In this document: piece after piece, positions 56,570-64,000 of the stretch
Layout: the number at the start of each line of letters is the position of its first letter
Position numbering within the stretch: position 1 is the first letter of the stretch
From: Chlamydiales bacterium
GTDB lineage: Bacteria > Chlamydiota > Chlamydiia > Chlamydiales > JAAZZY01
Assembly: GCA_965206695.1 (NCBI GenBank)
Contig: CBDBKM010000002.1
Location: 64,001-128,000, forward strand
Length of the DNA: 64,000 nucleotides
Reading direction: 5' to 3'
The notes under the pieces: generated by a model
What the model was told of the DNA's origin: nothing
Seen by the model: the letters and a program-made list of their open reading frames with translations, nothing else
Database searches by the model: none
Translations under genes and position numbers: made by a program

Positions 56570-56752
56570 TATACTCTTCGCTACTGAAAGGTACACAAAA
56601 AAGTATAAATATGATATTAGCGTTGCATGAACCAATTAACTCCAAATCAAAGAAGCACTTTTGAATTTCAGGTAAAAAAGACCCGTGATATTAATGATAC
56701 ATTTCAAGTGCCGGCACTCAATCCTGTCCGGCTTCCAACGTGAATGAGTATA
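56570..56752 (+). mobile_element. IS630-derived MITE, ~183 bp, TA-bounded
   Basis: Fusion of sequences matching 38546-38675 (left end) and 38488-38547 (right end). Confidence 0.85.
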
Positions 56753-56823
56753 TACCCGCATTCCAATCCCTTTAATTAAAGAAAAAATGCAAAAAGTATA
56801 TGTAGATAAAAAAAATTAAAGAG

Positions 56824-57765
56824 TCAAAAGAATAAAGCGTCTTTTGAATATCCTTTGATGAATTCAAAATAGGTCATAGGTTGTTTACCTTCGAGCTGAA
56901 CCATTTTCAAACGGATAGCTCCTGTTTTACAAGCAACGATAAATCCTGCGGATAAATCATAAGAAATAATTTGACCGGGTTTATCTGTTTGTTGTTGTTG
57001 TAATTCAGCCTTAATTACTTTGAAGCGTTTTTTTTCTTCTCGGATATAGATCCAAGACCAAGCCCCGGGTTTTGGGTCTACCCCTCGGATAAGGTTGTAA
57101 ACATCTTTAGCAGCTCGATCCCAAAATATTTCACAGTCTTCTTTTTCAACCTTCTTAGCATAGCTGGCAAACTGATCGTCTTGAGGTATCCTTTGAGCTT
57201 TGTTCGCTTTCAATAATTCGATAGCTTCTAAAAGAGTTGTTTGAGCTAGTGGACAAATTTGTTCTTCCAGTGCTCCATAAGTGATATCCGGATCAATAGG
57301 CATTATAACACTTTTAATCATGTCGCCGGTATCCAGTCCTTTTGCCATATGCATAATCGTAATGCCTGTTTGCGAATCTCCATCCATGATACAACGCTGC
57401 AAGGGAGCAGCACCTCTGTATTTAGGCAACAAGCTAAAATGAACGTTGACACACGCTAAAGAAGGTGTTTTCAATAAGTTTTCTTTAAAAATCTGACCAT
57501 AAGCTACCACAATAAAAAGAGTAGGCTGATGTTTTTTTAAAACCTCTATAAAATCCGGATCGGATGCTTTTTCCGGTTGATAAATTGGGATAGAAGGAGC
57601 TATCGATTGGACGGTAAATTTGACAGGAGGCGGCGTCATAACCCTTTTCCGCTTCACAGGTCGATCCGGCATCGTTACAACACCTGCTACAGGCTGTTTA
57701 TTAGTAATAAGATATTCTAAAATTTTAGCCGCTATTACAGGTGTTCCGAAGAAAACAATCGACAT
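56824..57765 (-). CDS. fmt: Methionyl-tRNA formyltransferase
   Basis: IVFFGTP, VVAYGQI, NVHFSLLPKYRGAAP, GLDTGD. Confidence 0.97.
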   Translation of the reverse strand: MSIVFFGTPVIAAKILEYLITNKQPVAGVVTMPDRPVKRKRVMTPPPVKFTVQSIAPSIPIYQPEKASDPDFIEVLKKHQPTLFIVVAYGQIFKENLLKTPSLACVNVHFSLLPKYRGAAPLQRCIMDGDSQTGITIMHMAKGLDTGDMIKSVIMPIDPDITYGALEEQICPLAQTTLLEAIELLKANKAQRIPQDDQFASYAKKVEKEDCEIFWDRAAKDVYNLIRGVDPKPGAWSWIYIREEKKRFKVIKAELQQQQTDKPGQIISYDLSAGFIVACKTGAIRLKMVQLEGKQPMTYFEFIKGYSKDALFF

Positions 57766-57820
57766 TAGATAAACTCGTTAGATTTGATGAGTTGGTACTA
57801 CTCTTAAGAATTCAAATGAT

Positions 57821-58630
57821 TTAAGTAAGAGCTTGAAAACCCATTATTCCACGCTCAGAGTTTCCCTTACAAAAATGCAGCCATTTTTCTACTTCAGGAA
57901 TAGAATCAACATCTTTATTTACGCGTTCGATAGCTTCAGTTAAACGTAATTCTGCACGATAAAATACTTTAAATACTTTGCTGAGAATATTTCGTGTTTC
58001 CATTGGAAATCCATGACGTTTTAAGCCGACAACATTTAAACCACCAATCCTAAAAGGAATCCCACCACCAATTGTATAGGGAGGAATATCATGGCCTACG
58101 CGACTCATACCCCCAACCATCGCATATTCCCCAATACGTACATATTGATGAATAGGAGCAAACCCTCCAATGATAGCATAGTCTTCAACAAGAACATGCC
58201 CGGCTAAAGTAGCACAGTTACTCATTACAACGCTATTTCCTATAATACAGTTATGGGCAATATGACAGTAAGCCATAATCATGCAGTTATCGCCCACTCT
58301 GACTTCAGAATTTTCTTCCGTTGATGAGTTTATCGTTACAAATTCTCGTATATGACAATTCTTTCCAATATTTACAAAAGTCTTTTCACCATTATACTTA
58401 AGATCTTGTGTCTGCGTTCCAATACTTGCAGAAGGCCACACAGTGGTTCCTTCCCCAATCGATGTATATCCATCGATATATACATGAGACTTGATGACAA
58501 CGTTATCATTTAAGACAACGTTTTCTTTAACAATCGCATAAGGCTCAATAGTTACGTTTGCACCAATTTTAGCCCCGGACTCTATGATCGCGGTTGGATG
58601 TATTTTACAATTTGGACCTATATCTGCCAT
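57821..58630 (-). CDS. lpxA: UDP-N-acetylglucosamine acyltransferase
   Basis: IHPTAII, hexapeptide repeats, QDLKY, IREFVTI, HIAHNC, LAGHV, GLNVVGLKR. Confidence 0.97.
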   Translation of the reverse strand: MADIGPNCKIHPTAIIESGAKIGANVTIEPYAIVKENVVLNDNVVIKSHVYIDGYTSIGEGTTVWPSASIGTQTQDLKYNGEKTFVNIGKNCHIREFVTINSSTEENSEVRVGDNCMIMAYCHIAHNCIIGNSVVMSNCATLAGHVLVEDYAIIGGFAPIHQYVRIGEYAMVGGMSRVGHDIPPYTIGGGIPFRIGGLNVVGLKRHGFPMETRNILSKVFKVFYRAELRLTEAIERVNKDVDSIPEVEKWLHFCKGNSERGIMGFQALT

Positions 58631-58794
58631 GCAATGCTTTCTAGTTAATTTTTTTCCTAAATGATTTCAAAACAAAGACCTTTTTTATAAAAGGTTGCTC
58701 TTAAACATTTTTTAAAGTTTCTGATTGTGGCTTATTTCAAAATAATACTTTCTTAAAATAAATATATCGTTCATTACTTTCTTAAAAAACCTCT

Positions 58795-59274
58795 TTAAAT
58801 TTGATCTTTATCTACTAAAGCAAAAGCTAATTCCGCTTCCATAGCTAATCTAGCATTTGTTATGACTTGTCCTTTCACACGACCTGCTCGACTACTAATA
58901 TGTAAACCTGTTACATGCATATGCAAGACATCTCCCGGTCGTACGGGATTTCGGAATTTAGCGTTATTTATATTAAGTATAACAGCGCTTTTTCCTCCAT
59001 AACCTGCTTGATGCACAAGTATTCCTGCTGTTTGCGCTAAGGCTTCTAATAACAGCACCCCCGGCATAATTGGTGCTCCCGGAAAATGTCCCTGAAAAAA
59101 ATCTTCATTAAAAGTAACATTTTTTTGTGCTATAATAGTTTTATTTTCCAAATCAATCGAAATGACCTTGTCCACCAGTAAAAAAGGATAACGATGTGGC
59201 AAAATATTTAAGATTTCTTTTATATCCAGCAATGATTTCTTAGCTGAATCATGATTAATTACTGCTTCCATCAA
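58795..59274 (-). CDS. fabZ: 3-hydroxyacyl-ACP dehydratase
   Basis: LPHRYPFLLVD, FFQGHFP..PIMPGVLLLEALAQ. Confidence 0.97.
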   Translation of the reverse strand: MMEAVINHDSAKKSLLDIKEILNILPHRYPFLLVDKVISIDLENKTIIAQKNVTFNEDFFQGHFPGAPIMPGVLLLEALAQTAGILVHQAGYGGKSAVILNINNAKFRNPVRPGDVLHMHVTGLHISSRAGRVKGQVITNARLAMEAELAFALVDKDQI

Positions 59275-60164
59275 TTATTCTCCATAGTGATATTGTTTAG
59301 TAGTGTTTTTGCAAAAGCTACATTTGTGGCATGACCTGAACAAATAGCTATCACATGGGCACGGAAAGGAAGACCCACTAATGATAAATCGCCGATCAAG
59401 TCCAAAATTTTATGACGCACCATCTCATCAGGAAATTTCAATCCACCCTTACTAAATATGGCGTCATCATGAACGACGACAGCATTTTCCAAGCTCCCAC
59501 CTTTAATTAATCCGGAATCCATCAACATTTTCAATTCACTATATAAGGAAAAAGTGCGGCAATGAGCAATTTCCTTTTTAAAATTTTCACTATTTACCTT
59601 AAGTGAATAAAATTGGGAACCGATGGCAGATATCCCCGGATAATGTAGAGTGTAGCTTATACAATAATCTTCTGAAGGCAAAGCTACTAGATGCACGTTA
59701 CCCTCTGAATAAAACACAGGTCTGTTTAATTTAAGAATAGGCTTATAAGCCGATTGTTCTTCAATACCACTGTACTCCAACATTTCTAAAAAAACATCAG
59801 AACTACCGTTTCCAACAGGCGGTTCAGACCCATTCACTTCGATAATAACATTATCTAAATCATTAGCCGCCAAGGCTGCTAGTACATGCTCAACTGTATA
59901 GATTCTAACCGGTCCAACACCAATTGTCGTATTCCGAGAGGTTTCCTGGACATATTCAACTGTTGCCGGTATTAATGGTTTTGAAGGAAGATCAACACGT
60001 TTAAAAACGATACCAACATCTTCATCAGCAGGACAGAACTTTATTGTTACTTCCTCACCCGTATGAATACCAATTCCGGAAAAGCTCGCCGCTGTCTTTA
60101 TGGTCTTTTGTCTTTTAAGCTCCGGTGACAAACGAGGTTTGATAGCTACCAATGTATCTGGCAT
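59271..60164 (-). CDS. lpxC: UDP-3-O-acyl-GlcNAc deacetylase
   Basis: GIGIHTG, TVEHVLAAL, RTF, GGSLENA, RHKILDLIGDL. Confidence 0.97.
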   Translation of the reverse strand: MPDTLVAIKPRLSPELKRQKTIKTAASFSGIGIHTGEEVTIKFCPADEDVGIVFKRVDLPSKPLIPATVEYVQETSRNTTIGVGPVRIYTVEHVLAALAANDLDNVIIEVNGSEPPVGNGSSDVFLEMLEYSGIEEQSAYKPILKLNRPVFYSEGNVHLVALPSEDYCISYTLHYPGISAIGSQFYSLKVNSENFKKEIAHCRTFSLYSELKMLMDSGLIKGGSLENAVVVHDDAIFSKGGLKFPDEMVRHKILDLIGDLSLVGLPFRAHVIAICSGHATNVAFAKTLLNNITMENN

Positions 60165-60369
60165 AAGCGACTATAGTTCTTTAAAATTAAATTGTATTTT
60201 TTATAAATCTTTACATACTGAACTATAAAAGGTTAATCTATATACCCTTTTTGATCAATAACTATCTCAAAAACACAACACTCCTTATTTGGATTGAAAT
60301 CCAATTATTTTTTCCTTTATTAAAATAAAATTTTGTCGAATTTCATCAAGAAAGTGAATCTATCAGGAA

Positions 60370-61110
60370 TTTCACGCGTAAGCGTTAACACATAGCCAAA
60401 ATATTTTTTATATTTAAATAATAGCGGGCTTTATCATTTCCCGATCTTGTTGATAAACAGATATTTTATCTCGCCTCCTTTGCTTAAATTTGTGTAACCA
60501 AGCATAAATAAACATAAAAATATGATTTCGTTACGCTCGTGCGTTACGATACTGCCGGCGATTAGGGCCACAAGTTTGTTTCAATTCCCTATGATAAATT
60601 TCTGTTTTCCAACGAATCTTTATGATTTTTTCAACGTCATTACGATTAGGTTCTTCAATATTAGTGACCGGATAATCAATGCAACCATTTTTAGCCGGAA
60701 ACTTGAAAGCCGTAATAAAACCATAACCGCACAAGTGAATGCTTAGTCCTTCATACGGAATATCCGAATCTGCCGAACTTACATTGCGATTAACTTTTTT
60801 ATTTTTACGCAAACCGATGACAAAATTTAACCCTATATCTCTGATAGACTTTCAATTTTTTAAACCGGAATACCATGCATCCATAACGACTACTTGGGGA
60901 TTAAAGCCTCGATTGTGAGTCGATTTAAGCATTTCTAAACAATGAGCATTCTTTGTTTTGCCGTCACTATCCTTATTATACATTCTATCGTCCACAGGAA
61001 CATATTGCTCCGAGTGTCGCCCATACCATAAAAGATTTACCAAACCGATTCCTGTTATAACATCATGTACAATCAGTACACCCGGCTCTTCCATATTGAC
61101 ATCATGCTTG
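60370..61110 (-). pseudogene. Degraded IS701-family transposase
   Basis: GIGLVNLLW, PVD.R.Y...DGKTKN, VMDAWYS, RWKTEIYHRELKQTCG in broken frames. Confidence 0.8.
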
Positions 61111-61387
61111 CTTGAATGAAGGTGCTATATCATTCCTTGGTACATTTATGTAACGGCATTTTTCCCCAACAAAAGAGAAAAATTATACTCTGATTTAAAA
61201 AATTATTTAAATAATTATTTCAATACCGTACTTCTGTAGTATGAAACTCCTGTCTATTTTTCTAGCAATAAAATCTTGAACAAAGCTTTTCAAATAATTG
61301 TCCATAGCTTTTAAAATTTAAACTAAAGATAGTATTGAAAGTAGAAGCCGGGAAAACTTTCAGGATCAGAATCACTAAAATACACTG

Positions 61388-63088
61388 TTAAGATTTTTTA
61401 CATATTTTCAAGATCACAAACAACAATATAATTAAAAAAGATACACCGATAATCAGAACATCCCCTAAACGGGTATATAAGGTATCATAAATATAGATAG
61501 GAACGGAGGCTGCTAATACCCCTGCTTGCCATTCCGATTCTCTGATATTTCCGGAAAAAGTGGCTATCACTCGCCCTAACGAATCTACTGCCGCAGTCAC
61601 TCCCGTATTACAAGCTCTCACAAGAGGCACCCCATTTTCAACACTACGAATTAATCCATGATAAAAGTGTTGCTCCGGAAGTCTTGAACAAGGAAACCAT
61701 ACATCATTTGTTACATTAACAAGCAGCTCGGCTCCTAATAAACGGTTATCTCTTATTAAATGCCCAAACATTTCTTCCATACAAACTGAAGCTCCAATCA
61801 GCGTCTCTCCTTGAAAAATGATTGCTTCTGTTCCTTCTTCATACCAACCACTGATACCATAACGCTCAGCGATTTCTTTGCACCATTCAAAGGGTAAATA
61901 TTCAACGATCGGCAAAAGGACTCTTTTATCATATCTTTTAGGAATTTCTTTAAATGGCTTAAAATTAAAAGCCGAAGTGTAATTACTTAATCCGGACATC
62001 ACCCCTTTTTCTTCATCCTCAAGCCCAATAATGACCTGTGCATCGAAAGCATTTGCAATCGTTTGAGCCCAAAACGCATTTGAAACCAACCACTCATCTT
62101 TAGCTCCGCATTGCTCTTGAGTCGCTAAAGGTCCTTTTAATTTCGGAAAAAAATCAAAATCTTCTATACCCCAAACATGCTTAAACGAATGCTTGACCAT
62201 TTCTAAAGTATAAGCCGGTGTATAAGCTGAAAAAGGAACCGCTGATTCAGGAAAAACAATTAAATCCACATCATCATGCCTGTGGTCTTTTAAAAGCCAG
62301 AGAATACGTTGCCACTGATGAAGAGGATAAATCATGTTATCAAACCCTTTTAATCCCCATTTCTCACCGGGAGAAAGAGCTGTTTGCACCATAAGAGCTG
62401 ATACATTTTTTGTTTTTTTCATATGGCTCATAGACCAATTATGATACGTCACATGAGCAATACCAAAAATAAAGGGAAATAAAGCAACGGCGCCCCAAAC
62501 AGCCAGTTTCTTTACACTCACAGGATTATAAAAAACTCGAAGAGCTATAAGATTAACAAATATAATCCAAAATGAAAGCCCATATACCCCAACCAGGGAA
62601 ACCGTTTGTAATGAATAGATGGAACCGGTAAGGGCAATGCCAATAGGGTTAAAAGCAAATCCCATTAAAACAAATAATCGGCTCCACTCCATTATCGTCC
62701 AAACTGAAGCAATAAATAGAACTCTTAGCCAGGTCCATTTCTCAACAGCAGGAATTAAAAGGGATAAAATAGCAAATTGCAGACTTAGCCATATCAAGAG
62801 GAAAAAATAAATCAGGAAAATATAATCACCTTGATAAACAGTCGCTGTCATCCATGACAATTGAACGGCTTGTACAACAGAGAACCATAAAATGGATAAA
62901 AAAAAGCGAGCCTTTTTTGATTGAAAACAAAGCATCGATTTCCAAAAAAGGGCATATCCAAATGTTCCGGCCAAAAGACCTAAAAAAGGAAGCCATGCAG
63001 GTTGCCCAAAAGCTACGATAATTAACGATATTACAAAAAGACTAAGGAAAGAAAAAGAAAAAAAACTTTGCTTTTTTGCTAAAAGCAT
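61388..63088 (-). CDS. lnt: Apolipoprotein N-acyltransferase
   Basis: N-terminal TMs, FPESA, K..LLP..EY.P, VCMEE, NVTND.WF, RACNTG; upstream of lpxC as in Chlamydia. Confidence 0.93.
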   Translation of the reverse strand: MLLAKKQSFFSFSFLSLFVISLIIVAFGQPAWLPFLGLLAGTFGYALFWKSMLCFQSKKARFFLSILWFSVVQAVQLSWMTATVYQGDYIFLIYFFLLIWLSLQFAILSLLIPAVEKWTWLRVLFIASVWTIMEWSRLFVLMGFAFNPIGIALTGSIYSLQTVSLVGVYGLSFWIIFVNLIALRVFYNPVSVKKLAVWGAVALFPFIFGIAHVTYHNWSMSHMKKTKNVSALMVQTALSPGEKWGLKGFDNMIYPLHQWQRILWLLKDHRHDDVDLIVFPESAVPFSAYTPAYTLEMVKHSFKHVWGIEDFDFFPKLKGPLATQEQCGAKDEWLVSNAFWAQTIANAFDAQVIIGLEDEEKGVMSGLSNYTSAFNFKPFKEIPKRYDKRVLLPIVEYLPFEWCKEIAERYGISGWYEEGTEAIIFQGETLIGASVCMEEMFGHLIRDNRLLGAELLVNVTNDVWFPCSRLPEQHFYHGLIRSVENGVPLVRACNTGVTAAVDSLGRVIATFSGNIRESEWQAGVLAASVPIYIYDTLYTRLGDVLIIGVSFLIILLFVILKICKKS

Positions 63089-63177
63089 GCTCCTATAACC
63101 TATTGAATTAAAGAGGATAAGTAGTTTATACTATGATTCCTTATTTAAAGAAACCAACATTAATAGTTAAAAATAAA

Positions 63178-64000
63178 ATGCATCTTCCTTTTAGAGAACA
63201 TCACCTATTTAAATTATTCTCTCTTTATGAGAAAAGAAATTCTCCTATTGATTACACCGTTAGTCTTTATTTTAAACAAAATAAGGCATTAGGGTCCAAA
63301 GACAGAAAAAAAATTTCAGAAATTTTATATTCCCTTGTTCGATGGAGAGGGCTGTTAGACTATCTTATCCCCTCCGGTTCACCTCGAAATTGGGAACATC
63401 GTTTGGAAGCATATAAAAAACACTCTTTAACTGATTACTTACAACAAGACCATATACCTCTGCATATTCGCTTAAGCTTTCCAAAACAACTCTTTAGTCT
63501 TTTAGAAAAAGATTATGGTATTCAAGATACTATAAATCTTTGTCTAGCCTTAAACAAAGAAGCCCCTCTAACTATTCGTGCGAATACTCTCAAAATTTCC
63601 AGACAAGACCTTTTAAAAAAATGGGAATCCAAATATTCACTTACCCCGTGTACACAATCTTTTAATGGAATCCTTTTTTCAAAAAGAGAAGCTTTATTTA
63701 AAACTGAAGAATTCAAAAAAGGATTTTTTGAAATTCAAGATGAAGGAAGTCAGCTAATCGCTCAATTTGTCAATTGCAAGCCTAAAGATCATGTTCTTGA
63801 CTACTGTAGCGGATCCGGTGGAAAAACCCTGGCTTTTGCTCCAAATATGAAACAGCAAGGACAGATTTATCTTCATGATATTAGGCCACATGCTTTAACC
63901 GCTGCCTCAAAAAGACTCAAACGAGCCGGAATTCAAAATGCACAAATCCTCGGCCCTGAGCATGCACAATTAAAAACTTTAAAAAAAAGAATGAATTGGG
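63178..64000 (+). CDS. RsmB/NOL1/NOP2 family RNA m5C methyltransferase (runs off window end)
   Basis: Translated by hand from ATG 63178: ALGSKDR, IRAN.LK, FEIQDEGSQL, VLDYCSGSGGKTLA; not in the ORF track because it has no stop in the window. Confidence 0.9.
   Translation, partial: MHLPFREHHLFKLFSLYEKRNSPIDYTVSLYFKQNKALGSKDRKKISEILYSLVRWRGLLDYLIPSGSPRNWEHRLEAYKKHSLTDYLQQDHIPLHIRLSFPKQLFSLLEKDYGIQDTINLCLALNKEAPLTIRANTLKISRQDLLKKWESKYSLTPCTQSFNGILFSKREALFKTEEFKKGFFEIQDEGSQLIAQFVNCKPKDHVLDYCSGSGGKTLAFAPNMKQQGQIYLHDIRPHALTAASKRLKRAGIQNAQILGPEHAQLKTLKKRMNW

Overview
AT-rich chromosomal segment of a member of the Chlamydiota, most likely an environmental (non-Chlamydiaceae) lineage. This is inferred from the chlamydial gene order pknD/valS - V-type ATPase - tal - rpoC/rpoB - rplL/J/A/K - nusG - secE - tRNA-Trp - tuf - tRNA-Thr - infA, the fmt-lpxA-fabZ-lpxC-lnt block, and a pGP6-D/CT583-like gene. 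The core backbone carries accessory genes: a 2442-aa filamentous-haemagglutinin-like protein, an L,D-transpeptidase-like protein, a ClC channel and small orphans. It also carries many insertion-sequence pieces: one intact IS1634, its 304-bp in-frame-deleted miniature, an IS200/IS605 element with tnpB and a gutted tnpA, and IS5, IS1-like, IS3, IS630 and IS701 remnants. The most interesting signals are: (i) one TnpB plus several dispersed copies of its right-end/omegaRNA scaffold, each with a different flank; (ii) strong enrichment of CCGG with apparent CTGG/CCAG->CCGG changes in dead genes, suggesting Vsr-like biased repair; (iii) a frameshift splitting rpoC, probably a homopolymer error; (iv) an orphan pGP6-D-like gene bracketed by two palindromes. 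All calls come from reading the sequence by eye; no database searches were run.
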